This document shows positions 12,680-25,465 of a stretch of DNA of 64,000 nucleotides, in pieces (position 1 is the first letter of the stretch; every line of letters begins with the position of its first letter). The position numbers and the translations under genes are program-made. A model generated the notes under the pieces. It saw nothing but the letters and a program-made list of their open reading frames with translations. It made no database searches and was not told the origin of the DNA. This DNA comes from Octopus vulgaris (taxonomy: Eukaryota), in contig OX597818.1 of NCBI GenBank assembly GCA_951406725.2, forward strand, positions 74,152,001-74,216,000. Direction: 5' to 3'.

Positions 12680-14885
12680 ACATTTGATAGTTTGAGGCAA
12701 ATTTCTACTACACACTTGCTACACCTCTGTTTAGGGTTATGTGCAGCATTGTGTGTTCTTTTCTGCCGTTGGGTATGTGCAAACTTTTCCCGCTACTGTA
12801 ATACGTTAGTTTTCTTCTCTTAGGGGTGGTGCAGTCATTTTTTGTGTTACTACTTGTATTGTGTGTTGAGTGTGTAATGCACTGGATATCGAGGCTGCTG
12901 GTGGAAGTTTATTTCACTGAGTAATTGCTGTATAGAGCATGTCTTGTGCTTGTGGGTTGTTTTGTTCAGGTTGTATTATTGGAATGATGATATATTGCGT
13001 AGGATGTAGACTCTTTCTAGCAGGGCTATTTTTTCGGATAGAGTATAGTATAGTGTTCAGAAGCCAGGTATAGCTTCTGTGATTTTGTTCATATGCATTT
13101 TTATCATACCCAGTGCTCCAATTATTATAGTTATTATTTTTACCTCTATGCCCCACATCTTGAATACTTCACTTTCGAAGTCTTTGCACTTGGACAATTT
13201 CTCCACTTCGTTTTTGACAATATTTTGTTGAGAAGGGACTGCAATGTCTATTTAGTAAGCAGATGTTGTTTTTTCCCCAATCCTTGATTATTATGTCTGA
13301 ATGATCAGTTTTTATTTCTTTGTCGGTCTGAACCGGCCTATCCCAGATGATTGTGGCCTGATGATTGTTTGGCATATCCTTATACTGCTACTGCCTATTG
13401 TCAGTTTTAATGTTGTAATGCAGGCGTATTCCCAGTGGATATAACTGCGTACTTTGTCATGCCTGTATATATATATTCACACTTGGTAAGGACTGGGCAG
13501 CCTGAGATGATGTGGTCAACTGTCTTATTGTGCTGGTTGCACATTCTACATTTGGTGATGAAGCATGTTTTCGTTATTTTGTGCAGCGAGAATCAGTCCT
13601 GTTTCAGCTTTTAGTCCAGATCATTGTTGGCTTTTACTGCGGATCACCTCCAATCTGTCAAGCTTTTCAGGGTGTTGGCCGTGGAGTGATTATTTTCTCC
13701 ATTTCTTCTCCAGTATGTCTTGTAATTCTATGTTAATGTTGTTTTTTGTCTCTTTGACCATTTCTGCTTTGTTGCATCTGAGTGTCAGTGTGTCCGTGTA
13801 GTTTGTTTCTGTTTTGTAATGTGTCGCCTCCTTGTGTATAGAGAAAAGTGTTTTCATTTTCTCGTGTTTCTTTACAACATACACTAGTCTTCGACACTTT
13901 GTTTCTTACTAATTTCCTAGTCCAACTGTTGTTATTTTCTATTAGTTTTCCATCTGTATCAGGCCACGTCAGCCTTCTAAGCGGGGTAGCTATATTATGC
14001 CTGCGTCTGTTTTGGGGTGGTAACTTCGGTACGCTGTTAGTAGTGTTCTAGTTTTACTATCTAGTTTTCTCAATTCCCTGCTCTTCTAGTCTATTATGTT
14101 AAAACTGTAATTTATGACTGGTATGGCTAGCGTGTTCATACATATTTTTAGCATATTTCTTATTTTTTAGCATTAAGTTCAGTGTTTAGTATTAGTCTAA
14201 TTCTTCAGTAATATTCTCTCCTAATTTTCTCCTTCATTTCTGTAGTTTGTATTTTAGCTGCTTCGTCCATTCCAATATATCTGTACTGGCGGTTATGGTC
14301 GAATTCTTTAATTTCTGTGTCTATGTCGAGTGCAGTGTTTTTAGTTCTGAGGAATTTTCGTCTTCCCAGTGAGACTCTGGCACATTTGTCAATGTTGTTG
14401 GTCTGTAATATTGTGGGTGTACGGTACATTTGTTTTGGGGATTTAGGTGGTTTGTCCTTCTAGCATCCAGTTTGGTGTTGATTCTGGCTCACTTGTCAAT
14501 AAATTGAATTCTGCAGCTAAGTGGTTATGGGTAATAGTGAGGTATTTAAACCTGAACTCGGTGACCTTGTCTATCCCTGGAGTTTTCCAGTTGTTGGTAC
14601 TTCACAGCGTGTCTGTAATTTCTTGACCTATGATGGTGGGCCATATCTATGCTTCTAATGTGTTCTTCTTTTCCCTCTCTCTATTAATCCAATCAGCATT
14701 TTTGTTGTGTTGTTCTGGTTTGCTCCATATTGCTTCTCAGTATGACTCAATCGCTGATGTCCTTAGCATAGTATCTATTGATATAATGTTTTTGTTTAAC
14801 TTTCTGTAAAAAATTCTTGTGCTTATTTGGAATTCTCTATTTTGTTGGAAAAAGAATTACCGTTTTGTGCGGCAAGGTTTTGCTG
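12680..14885 (-). mobile_element. Degenerate R4/Dong-type non-LTR retrotransposon (RT, CCHC knuckle, restriction-like endonuclease)
   Basis: CRMC…TVDHIISGCP…YRHDKV and IIWDRPVQTDKEIKTDHSDIII (RLE region); upstream DKCARV…YRYIG…MKEKIRREYY. Many stops and frameshifts. Confidence 0.85.
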
Positions 14886-14904
14886 CTTTACCTTTACTCT
14901 TTTA

Positions 14905-15302
14905 CTCTTTTACTTGTTTCAGTAATTTGACTGCGGCCATGCTGGAGCACCGCCTTTAGTCGAGCAAATCGACCACGGGACTTATTCTTTGTAAGCCCAG
15001 TACTTATTCTATCGGTCTCTTTTACCGAACCGCTAGGGTTACGGGGACGTAAACACACCAGCATTGGTTGTCAAGCGATGTTGGGAAGTACAAACACAGA
15101 CACACAAACATATACACACACACACACATATATATACATATATACGACAGGCTTCTTTCAGTTTCCGTCTACCAAATCCACTCACAAGGCTTTGGTCGGC
15201 CCGAGGCTATAACAGAAGACACTTGCCCAAGATGCCACGCAGTGGGACTGAACCCGGAACCATGTGGTTGGTTAGCAAGCTACTTACCACACAGCCACTC
15301 CA
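14905..15302 (-). mobile_element. Near full-length tRNA/CORE-type SINE family A
   Basis: On the reverse strand: tRNA head (TGGCTGTGTGG…GGTTCAGTCCC), CORE-like CTTGGGCAAGTG, internal TA/TG tract and (TAAAAGAG)n tail. Resembles octopus tRNA-derived SINEs; exact family not verified. Confidence 0.85.
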
Positions 15303-15529
15303 TGCCAGTTTAATTTTTTATTTTACTTCCCTAGTATCTTCGTTATCTTTTATGTTGTATTGTTTGGTAATATGGGAATTTTTTTTTTACATATTATTTT
15401 TTATTTTTAATGTGCATGTTTGATACAGTCACTTGCTGAGACACATGCAGTGCCCTGGTGCGGGTAAAGGATAAGATATGTTACAGTTTGACTGAAAGCT
15501 TGGGGAGGGGAAGTAGCGAAATATGTATG

Positions 15530-16340
15530 CAACATAGACATTTGCCTGTTTTGTTACTGGGTATGATGCTTTCTTGTTTTCATGTTTTGAGACAAGTTTT
15601 AACATCCAGTCCTCAGAGTTTTTCAAGTAGGTATCTAGGCCAATTGTAGCAATCTTCATTGTTATTACCACTTGTAAAAGTCCACGGCCTCCCTCTTTTC
15701 TTGGCTGATAAAGTCGTTCTATATCTGCCTTAGGGTGGTGCATTCTATGCATTGTCAACAGTTTTCGTATTTTTCTGTCAAGATTACATATTTCAGTAAT
15801 TGACCAGTTAACGATATTGAAACTGTAAGTCACAACTGGTATGGCTAAAGCATTGATCGCTTCGATCCTGTTTCTCGCATTCAGCTCTGTCTTGAGTATT
15901 GCTCTTACTCTGTGATAACATTCTCTCCTGATCCTTTCCTTCATCACTGAATGCCTTATTCCATCCCCTTCAATTATCCCTAGGTACTTGTAGCTCTCCG
16001 CTGGGTCTAACTCTTTAACGACATTCTGCTGGTCGAGGTAAGCGTTAGATGTTTCTGTCATTTTTCCTTTGATAAAAGTAGCTTTTGCACATTTATCGAG
16101 GCCACATTGCATTCTGATGTCCTCGCTGAATTGTTTAACAATCGTTAGTAAGCCCTTGAGTTGTTGGTCGTTTTTTGCAAAGAATTTAAAATCATCCATG
16201 TAACTGAGATGATTTATATTTTTATCCAACATTTTATATCCGTACTGTGCGTCATTGAGCAATTTTGAGAGAAGTATTAAGGCTAAACAAAAGAGGAGTG
16301 GTGATTGTGAGTCGCCCTGGAAAATGCCACATGAAATTTT
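15530..16340 (-). mobile_element. R4/Dong-type LINE RT fragment with long open frame
   Basis: GIFQGDS..PLLF, HLSYMDDFK, GLDKCA, YKYLGI, RLYQPRKEGGRGL (ORF 15429..16262). Confidence 0.92.
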
Positions 16341-16394
16341 AATAAAAATGAATTATTATTATTGTTGTTGTTACTATTATTATTTTTATTATTC

Positions 16395-16466
16395 AGGTCA
16401 AAGCTTCGAATCGAACTCGGAATCTAGGGGTTAGTAGACAGTGCTCTTAACCACTACGCCATATGC
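16395..16466 (-). repeat. tRNA-like module, second copy, with (AAT)n tail at 16352-16392
   Basis: Reverse complement GCATATGGCGTAGTGGTTAAGAGCAC…GAGTTCGATTCG matches 12005-12076. Confidence 0.7.
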
Positions 16467-16497
16467 TCTTGGGCAATTATGGAAAGATTTCCCCAAG

Positions 16498-16541
16498 ACA
16501 CCTAAGGAATGCTGGTGGGTATATCAGCTGAAACGTTGTGT
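16498..16541 (+). ncRNA. Minimal type I hammerhead ribozyme motif, G5-to-A mutated
   Basis: ACAC-CTAAGGA-ATGCTGG(TGGGTATA)TCAGCT-GAAAC-GTT-GTGT: stem I ACAC/GTGT, stem II GCTGG/TCAGC, palindromic stem III AACGTT. Confidence 0.7.
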
Positions 16542-16594
16542 TAACATCAAACAATACGAAGACAAATATCCGTCAAATGTAAATAATGTAGGAA

Positions 16595-18415
16595 TTGTTT
16601 CTCTTTTTAGATTCCATGTTCGTGTTACCTCTATTTCTAGATCTTTGTATTTTGAAACTTTCTCCGTTTCTTTTAGAAAAACATTGTCATCTATTGGTAT
16701 TGATACATCGATTAGAAAGGATTATTTTTTTCTTGGTGATCTCTAACAACTATATCCAGCTTATTGATCTTAACTTCTCTATCGCTGTGTATTGGCATAT
16801 CCCAGAGTATGGTTGCTTTCTCATTTCCTGTGACCTTTTCCGGTGTGTGTCTATACCAGCTTTTTCTGTTTTTATTCCATAGCGTTGGCATAGCTTCCAG
16901 TGTATACAGGTCTCAACACTGTCTTGTCTGTGAATATATTCCTTCTTTGCCAGAACTGGGCAGCCAGAGACAATATGATTTATTTTTTCTATTCCATCTC
17001 CACATATTCTGAAGATACCTGCATTTTATCCATTACATGTTTTTGGTAATTCCTGATGGGGAGGCTTTGACCTCGTGTTTCAATTAAAAATCCTTCAGTC
17101 TCTGCTTTGAGTCCAGAGTTTCTCAACCTTTGTTGGGATTTTACTTTGTCTATTTCTTTTCTGTTTAATTTAAACCAGTATTTGCCTAGAAGGGACTTTT
17201 CTTGCTACCGTTTTATCATGAGCCATTACAGTTCCAGTTTTAGTTTTGATTCAGTTGTTTTACAACTTTTATTTTCTTCTTTTTCTTCAATGTTGTTCGC
17301 TTCCTTAAAGACTGAAAACAGTTTTTCTTTGTTTTGTTCATGTTTTGTGATTATTTGTATTAGATTTCCTTGCTTCTGAAGTAGGTATTTTGTAGTCCTA
17401 TGATGGTTGTTTTGTTATAGTTTTCTAGCTGCATAATGCCTCTACCACCTTCCATACGTTATATATATAACCTTTCTATGTCAGAGTTTGGAAGGTGCAT
17501 CCAAAATCCTGCGATTAATTTTCTTGTCTTCCTGTCTATTTTGATTAGTTCATTTAAAGTTCAATTAAGAATATTGTAGTTGTAACTTATAACTGGGACG
17601 ACTAGAGTGTTGATACCTTTTATCTTGTTTTTCACATTGATCTCTGTTTTCCAGTATGAATCTAACTCGTATATAGTATTTTTTTCTCATCCTCTCTTTC
17701 GCTTGTGTGTGTTGTATCGTATTTAGTTCATTGATTCCTAAGTATTTCTTTGTCTGCCTTTGGTTTAATTCTCCTTTTTGATCTGCTTTATCTAGTGTGA
17801 TGCTGCTACTCTGAACTAGTTTCCCCCTAATTAAGATTGCTTTGGTACATTTTACTAAACTAAATTTTATGTTTATTTCTTTGGTAAATCCATGTACTGT
17901 TTGTAGCAATGTTTCCAGTTGTTTCTCATCTGTAGCGTACGGTTTTCGGTGATCCATATATAAGAGATAGCTGCTTGTTTTGCCCTAACAGTGGTACCTA
18001 CATCCAGTACTGTTTAACATGTCAGATAAACGTGTCAATCAAGCAGAAACGGAGTAGGGAGAGAGTGTCTCCCTGGAATATTCCTCTTCTAATGGGATGG
18101 CTTTGATTTTTATGAGTCCCTGATTTGTCTGGAGCTATAGCACTGTCTGCCATTTATTCATGGAGTGTTTTATATATTTTAGGATTATTGATTCTACTTT
18201 GTTCATCGCTAGTGTTTCCAGGATCCGTGTGTGGGGAATACTATCAAAAGCCTTCCGTTAATCGATCCATGTCATACTTAGATCCTACTTCGTTCTGCAA
18301 CTGTCTTCCATTATAGCTTTATTGCTTATTAGTTAATCTTTACAGTCATATGGCCCGTGAAGCATCCCTTCTGCTCTTCTGGAAACAGGTTGTTTTTTCC
18401 AGATATTTACTCATT
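16595..18415 (-). mobile_element. Two adjacent degenerate R4/Dong-type LINE fragments (RLE region 16595-17030; RT region 17300-18415)
   Basis: ILWDMPIHSDREVKINKLDIV at about 16.8 kb; RRGIFQGDT, LLYMDH, FSLVKC, KKYLGINE at 17.7-18.1 kb. Confidence 0.8.
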
Positions 18416-18466
18416 CTTTGCGATATTATTGCAGTAAAGGCTTATTATTATTATTATTATTATTAT

Positions 18467-18536
<70 letters not shown>

Positions 18537-18734
18537 CAACGGTAGTAGTAACAGCTGCTTATTAATTTTCCTAAGTGGGGTGGCTTATTCTACCCAGAAT
18601 TTATTCAGTTTTCCTTGGATGAAGTATCTCTTTATTTAGCAAAATAGAAGTTACGGCTATATTAAGTTAGACTTAGGACTCGCGTTCGATAAAATATATT
18701 TAGTAAATTATATACTCAGACTGGAAATGTTTTA

Positions 18735-19160
18735 ACATAACTGGTAAGTCACATTACTCTAGTGATGGGCATAACGTCAACCAGTCACATTTCACTTGTG
18801 AGTCATATAATATCGGTAATTCACACAACTTTGTTGAGCTACGTAATATTTGTGAGCTACAAGTATTTGTGAGTCACTGATCATTGGTGATTCAAATAAA
18901 TTTGGCGAGTCACAGAACATTGATTATTCAAATAACTTTGGTAAGTCACGTAACACTGAAGCAATGTATAAAACTGGATGTGTCACATAATATTGATGAG
19001 TCGTATAATAGTGAGAGTCGAATATTATTGATGAGTCATACATTATTGATAAGACTCATAATACTGATGAGTCACAGAACTTCGGTGGCTCACATAACAT
19101 TGGTAGGTCAAATAATATCGATGCGTTGTAAAATATTGATGACTCATAATATTGGTGGAT
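18735..19160. repeat. Degenerate ~19 bp minisatellite (consensus near ATATTGGTGAGTCACATA)
   Basis: About 20 imperfect units; five exact TGAGTCA/TGACTCA at 18799, 18870, 19032, 19068 and 19140. Confidence 0.8.
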
Positions 19161-19459
19161 GATATTTTCTGCCATTCAGTTTCCAGGATATTGTCCGATG
19201 TCATGAACTTGGTTGAGAAATTAATCACTCAGTCATATCCGTCTAGTAATTCTACCACTATTGCTATAGAAATCGATTTATTGGCATAAAACATGGAAGA
19301 GAAATACATCAGATGATTCAATCCAAGAAATTCTCCTTTCAATTTAATGAAACTATTTATAACATGACGACGTTCGTCATGAGATTTCCGTGTGATTCTG
19401 GAACGAAATAGTCAAGCAAAAATGAGCGAATTGATTTAAGAAATTCCATAATGCTGAAG

Positions 19460-19690
19460 ATGCGTGGAGTAATGGTTATGGGGTTGCACTCACAAGATCG
19501 TAGTTCTGAATCTCGCATCGGGCAAACCGCTTCATTTTATTTTGCCCAAGTCTTGAGCAAACCGCTTCATTTCATTTTGCACAAGTCCACTATATGACTA
19601 AACCTGCGACAGACTGGCATCATGTTTTGTGGGAATACTGTGGTCGATTAAATGGTCATGGAAACCGTTAATCGGTGTTATGAGTCCTGG
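19460..19690 (+). mobile_element. Degenerate tRNA/CORE-type SINE with internal ~35 bp duplication
   Basis: tRNA-like head, then gcaaaccgcttcattt…ttttgc.caagtc repeated twice. Confidence 0.5.
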
Positions 19691-19775
19691 GACTCGACAT
19701 AGGAAGGTGCAGGAGTTATTGATGATGATGATGAGGAGGAGGAGGAGGGGGAGGAGGAGGAGGAGGAGGAGGAGG

Positions 19776-20290
19776 ATTTAGAAGGACAAGTCAGTTTAAT
19801 TGAGGGGTCAATAAGAAAGCTAGGTTTATGGTCCTTAAGCATAATCCAGGGTTTTCTAGGGATGTATGGCTCGGTTCTATCATCTTTAGCTAAATCTCTA
19901 ACGATTTGAAACCCTGTATTGTTAATCCTTTCAATATCTAGTTACTTGTGTGTCTATATTTGCTGTGCAATTCCTTCCTAAACATAGGCTTATATAACTC
20001 AATATCAACAATGCCGGTGTTATTTGTTTTGTCCGCTGGCATAAGTATCCCTAGAGCTTTCTTGAAGTCGACAAGTAATTTTCTGATTTTCTACTAATAT
20101 ATATTACACTTTCTAGGGTATTTCCTGAACTTAATGTTCTTAACCATACTAGATAATTCCTCTTCAAATCTGATTAGATGCTGGTTAGTCGGTGGGTTCC
20201 TCTTACATTTGAATACTTTTCTTAGTAGGTCGCCATGTTCAGGTTTGTCATTTGATTTAAGGTACCTATCAAAGAAAAAACCGCATTCTA
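19776..20290 (-). mobile_element. Penelope-like element N-terminal/RT-fingers fragment
   Basis: FKCKRNPP…LIRFEEELSSMVKNIKFRK, ILMPADKTNN (PLE ADK motif), PWIMLKDHKPSF…KLTCPSKS. Confidence 0.75.
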
Positions 20291-20439
20291 CGTACAAACT
20301 GGTTGCTTTTCTCGATGTTTTTGTCATGGGGCAAAATTGGGCCATCTCTGTTCACTAGTCTGGGCTGCTTCTTCTTCAAATTCTCATGCATACAATCAAT
20401 TTCTTGGCAAAACTATGTTGCTGTTACCGTTTTTTTTTT

Positions 20440-21686
20440 TTTTTTGCAAAAATGAATAATGAATAACCCCCTTCGCAGACCACTATACAGTGGCCACTAA
20501 CATTTTAAGGTGCAATGGTGGTTTTGAGTAGTGTTTAGGTAACTCTCCTGCATCTAATCATTGTCCTGTTCAACTGTTGTTGCCAAACAGTATCTATTTT
20601 TCATTCGATGCAGAAATGGTCTTTTTCCAGTTGAGAAAGTAATAAAGAGCACATTTAGAGACGCCTGTTCTTGTGCATCTCATTCAGTTGATGTGGAACA
20701 ACCCTATCCATTTTCTTAACGTTCCTGACTGCGATTAAATGTCTGATACGAAACTTGCATGTCTGGTGTGCAATTTGCCGATTTTTTTTTTTTTACTGTG
20801 TGGGTGGTTCTGGATTTGGGGATCAGTTTTGTCTCTGCCAGTGCTAACCAGTGTGGTATGCTACTGTACCCAATGAGAGCTTGTGTTATAGATTGATAAT
20901 ATATGGTCAGTAGAATGTTAGCGTCTTGTACCAATATCCAACAATCAAGTCACTTTCAGGTGCTTTTCCATTCTGGAGTTCCTGGATCAGTTACAAGAGC
21001 TTCACTATCAATGTTGTTTGTCTTGGATGTAACGCAGGGGCAATAACTTTTTCGGATTTCCTTCAGCCACAGGGCATCATGGTTATATTCCGTCTCTTCA
21101 CTCCAGATTTCACTCCAGAAGGAGTTTATGTCTTCTCGTAGAGGAGCTTCCGTGATGTTTACTGCTCCTTCTCTCCTGTATGTGTATACTGCTGCCTGGT
21201 TGCGGTTAAATTTTTTGTTTATTGTTCTCTCGGTTATTCTCTTCTGATGTCGGAGTTATTCACTGACAGTTTTAGCTGCTGCTTGAGAGTAATCAGTTTT
21301 CGAGTGTCCTCTTTTTTGCTGTCTCTAAACATCATTTCTATCTCCTTTACTTTCTGTTGGTAGGACGTATAGTGGTTTGTTTGTTTGCATGCAATAAGCA
21401 TCATTACATGACTAATAGTCTTCCATAAACCAGTTTTCTTTTTCTCTCTCTTCAAAACCCACGATGATACTTTCTTTCTAATTTCGGTTTTGTTTACTTT
21501 TCGAAAATCATTCATGTACTAGTTTACAGTAGTAGCCAGAGCATATAGACAGGCGTTAATCTGCCAGTAAGTGTTTTTTTTATTTACTTTGGTATAAAAA
21601 ACCCTCCTCGAGAGAGTGCTTCAAAGTCGAAGTTAATTTTCTCGGAAAATTTCAGTAAGGGACCATTTCATTGGCATATAATCCTA

Positions 21687-21766
<80 letters not shown>

Positions 21767-22450
21767 AATAATCGTTGCTGTTGTGCCTGCTATAGTCGTA
21801 GTAGGAGGGGCAGTGGTCAGTTACTTGACCCAGTAATGTAGCAGGCACTATGGAATGTGTTGGAATGTCGCTAGCTTCGAAATCACGTAGTAGTCTTATA
21901 TTATTCACATATTCATTTTTGTTTATAGAGTTGGAAAGAAGGTTAATTTTCGAATTTTTTATACAGTTACAGTTACTAACCTTCTTCCTATGCTTTACAG
22001 CTGTTGCTTGTTAGCGTAGTTACTTCGCAGTAAAATTAGTTAATTCTGGATGCAGATCGTCCCATTATGATTTCAATTGATTCATATAGCCAACAGCAGG
22101 GTTTTATTTCGCTTTTTTGAAGCAATTAAATAGATTATTATTCAATTCATAACTCCAAGAGGAATTAGTTTTGTAGTCAGGGTTCTTCTATAATTACAGC
22201 TAGAAAGAATCTTTTTACCTGTTGAGCTGTTGCTTTCGTTCTGTTCCTCGATTGTGTTGTTGATGTTGCGTCCAACTATGTAGTTTGTAGTAACTCTCTG
22301 CATGCTAAATTCAAGTTTCAGTCGAAAATCACTACGATCGTGAATAAAAGACTCCCTCTGTTAATCCATCTGAAGATTAACCAGTTGTTTAACAAGGCTG
22401 ATAGTTGTGGTTCCAAAGTTGGAGATAGTATTATCGTATTTTTGATAAAT
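20440..22450 (-). mobile_element. Degenerate R4/Dong-type LINE N-terminal and RT fragments interrupted by (CTA)n
   Basis: IPHWLALAETKLIPKS near 20.8 kb; PAVGYMNQLK…WDDLHPEL near 22.1 kb. Confidence 0.6.
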
Positions 22451-22509
22451 AGTTACCCACGTCAAATACGCGAATTGTCGTTTGAGTATGTCAGATGTAT
22501 GTATGTATG

Positions 22510-22543
<34 letters not shown>

Positions 22544-22574
22544 TGTATGTATGTATGTATGTATGTATGTATGT

Positions 22575-22810
22575 AGGCCTTTTCAATCTCAAGCACGGAT
22601 TTTTTAATTAATTTCTTTTAACTAAACACTTTGAAACTTCAGATACTGGTTGAATGTGTCACGTAGAACACTGTTTACTCTGAAGGCTATAGCCAAAATT
22701 TTATATTTTAGAAGTTATTTCATGTTAAAGTTGTCGTTTTGGAGTAATTTAACCAATCAATGACGTGTATTCATCTAAAGAAAGTTACTGCTGCTGTTTG
22801 CGAACAATAT
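22575..22810 (+). mobile_element. One arm of a long-TIR MITE family (inverted homolog at 25680-25918)
   Basis: About 230 bp alignable by eye to the reverse complement of 25680-25918. Confidence 0.7.
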
Positions 22811-23011
22811 CTGGGTCCATTGATAAAACGATGAATCTTTGAAAAATTTAAACTAAAAGTCTCCCCTTAGAGATGCTTTATAGCAAGATATATGAGAATG
22901 TGTCCATCTATCCATCCATCCATATATCTATCTCGAGCGTTAAACTAATATATCTTCTGTTGTTTACACACCTGACATCGTCTTTTGTTTTGTTTATTTT
23001 GTAAATTCCAA

Positions 23012-23061
<50 letters not shown>

Positions 23062-23416
23062 TTTGATACTTTGATAGGTTTCGGCCATTATTGGCCCAGG
23101 CCATGTCTAACTTAATAGCACCACCTGGTATATATATATATATATATATACATACATATTAATGATAGGCAGAAGTTACAGAGTGACAGTAGCCAAATTC
23201 GTGTTTAATAAGTGCCAATACACGAAACTCAGCTTTTGACTTACTCTCTAACTTCTGCAAATGATATATATACATATTACATATATGTGTAAAAAAAATC
23301 TCGTCGCGCAATCGAACCAATGAAAGACCCTCTACCTGGTCGCTAGACACATGCATAAAATAGCAGCCAAAGTATTCCCCTACCTAAATCACACGCCCAT
23401 AGTGCGTAATGTTCTA

Positions 23417-24695
23417 TTGGGTTGTCCGGAAATTTCGTGCTGATTTATAGTAGCTTACTTTTCGACTAATTTTAGAACATGGTTGAGTCCATAAAATAGG
23501 ATATTACTACACTTCAATTTAGAGCACAGTTTAAGCTATCTTATCGTAAAAAAGATTTATGTTCCTATTACTTGTGTTAGTTCTGTAACCCTTTAAAATG
23601 GAGGATAAGAAAGTTCATTTTCAGCACTTGATGCTTTTCTTTTTCCGTAAAAGGAAAAATGCCTCACAAGCAACGAAAGAAATATGCGCAGTTTACGGCG
23701 ATGTTTCTTTACCCGAAAGAACTGTACGGAAGTGGTTCGCAAGGTTCCGAGCTGGAGATTGTAGCCTTATTGATAAAGAGCGATCAGCCTGATCATCCAC
23801 TACAGATGATGAACAAATCAAGTCATTAATTGAGATTAACCCACATTGCACAACCTGAGAATTGGCAGAAAGCCTCAACCTAACAAAATCCGTCGTTTAT
23901 GAGCACCTGGTGACGCTTGCGTACACAAACACTACGATATTTGGGTACCACATGAGTTGAGTGAGGAGAACCTTTTGGATCGCATTTCCATCTGTGATTC
24001 TCTTTATAAACGGAATGAAAACGCGCTTTTTTAAAGCAAATTGTGACAGGCGATGAGAAGTGGATTATCTACCGAAATGTTCAGAGAAAGTGATCCTGGA
24101 GTAAGCAACATGAACCACACTTAGCCACCCAAAAGCGGGTCTTCACCCTAAAAACGTCTTGCTTTGTATCTGGTGGGATTGGAAAGGAATTCTGTACTAT
24201 GAGTTTCTCCCAAGTAACCAGACAGTTAATTCTGAGAAATACTGAACACAACTGGACGAGTTAGAAGCAGCAATTCAAGAGAAACGTCCAGAATTGGCCA
24301 AGAGGAAGGGTGTTGTTTTCCAACATGATAATGCAAGACCGCACGTTTCTTTGGGAACCAGACAAAAATTGCTGTAGCTCAGCTGGGATATGATACCCCA
24401 CCCTCCATATTCACCAGATATTGCTCATTCAGATTTCCACTTATTCAGGTTTCTGCAGAATAGTCATAATGGTAAAAATTTCAATTCCTTGGACGACGTA
24501 AAAAGATACCTTGATGAATTCTCTGCCGTGAAACCACCTCAATTCTGGGAAGAGGGTGTTTTCAAGATAAAGGAAAGATGGAGACGCATTGTGCAACAAA
24601 ATGATTCATATTTGGTTGATTAAGATATAATTACAAGCATTTATTGACCTTTTTCTTACCTTTAAAAATCGGCATGAACGTTCCGGACAACCCAA
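23417..24695 (+). mobile_element. Full-length mariner DNA transposon (1279 bp), inactive
   Basis: TIRs TTGGGTTGTCCGGAA…/…TTCCGGACAACCCAA, each flanked by a TA target duplication. Confidence 0.95.
23598..24623 (+). pseudogene. Mariner DD34D transposase pseudogene
   Basis: HTH (TVRKWFARFR), WVPHEL, VTGDEKW, HDNARPH, HPPYSPDIAHSDFHLF; several stops and frameshifts. Confidence 0.95.
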
Positions 24696-25465
24696 TATAT
24701 TATCCCTTAAAAGACGGTTTCCTGAAGGCTGGAATGTCTTTCATGATAGGTTTGCTGTATCAAGGTTGATTTGAGGCTAAATAACAACAAAATTATTACT
24801 GAGACAGATCAACGGCAGAGCCTGTATGTGGTTGCATGACCTGCTAGAAAAAGTAGCCACACTCTTCTATATACAGAATAGAAAAAATTCTATCCTGTGA
24901 TATACACGTAGAGTCCATTATGTCTGGGAAGAAAGACAGAATGGTCACAGCTGGGATGTCTTTGATCATATCTGTTCAATCAGATCCGAATCGGGACTAA
25001 ACAACAGCTGACGAAAGGAACGAGATGAGGCAACGAGAGAGCCTTTACTTGGTCGCTCGAGTTCCTAGAAAGAGCAACCAAATCTTCCTGACAAAAATAA
25101 AGGATGAAATTTCTGTCTTCAAGAAAAAAGAAGCAAGTTTATATTATTTTATAATTTTCAGTTAGGAATTCATTACTTCTAGAAAAGAATAAGATAAAAA
25201 TGGTCATAGCTGGAACGCCTTTTCTCGCAGATCCATTACAGTCAGATCTATCCTGTGGTTAGAACAATATTCTTCACTGAATGATGAAGCAGCTAAAGTT
25301 AAAGAAAAGTTGAAAGAATAAAAGATAGCAACTATCCATATTCCAAATATTGTAATTCCTTTGACTAGCGTAATTTATTCAAATTTTCGTATGAAATAAA
25401 TAGAAAATGTTATAGGAACTCGGTATATATTACGGCTAATATCCAGTGTTGTACGAGAGTAGTTT

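Larger units (their letters stand above)
23320..25270 (+). repeat. Three tandem degenerate copies of a ~200 bp retroposon 3' unit with (AAC)n tails; the first is split by the mariner
   Basis: Recurrent ggtcgct..ac.tgctagaaa.agcagcca…ggtca.agctgga…ctaaacaaca at 23335, 24825 and 25045; another copy at 50670-50840. Confidence 0.6.

Noticed and set aside
19064-19095. CTGATGA followed by a hairpin as a hammerhead
   Set aside because: No GAAA or stem I partner; arises from the minisatellite unit.
18735-19160. CRISPR-like array
   Set aside because: Units are contiguous and degenerate with no unique spacers; eukaryotic context, no cas genes.
23062-23130. HHR in a short TA-flanked insert (GGCC-hairpin-GAAAC on minus strand)
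   Set aside because: Core and NUH/stem I are missing; at most a fragment.
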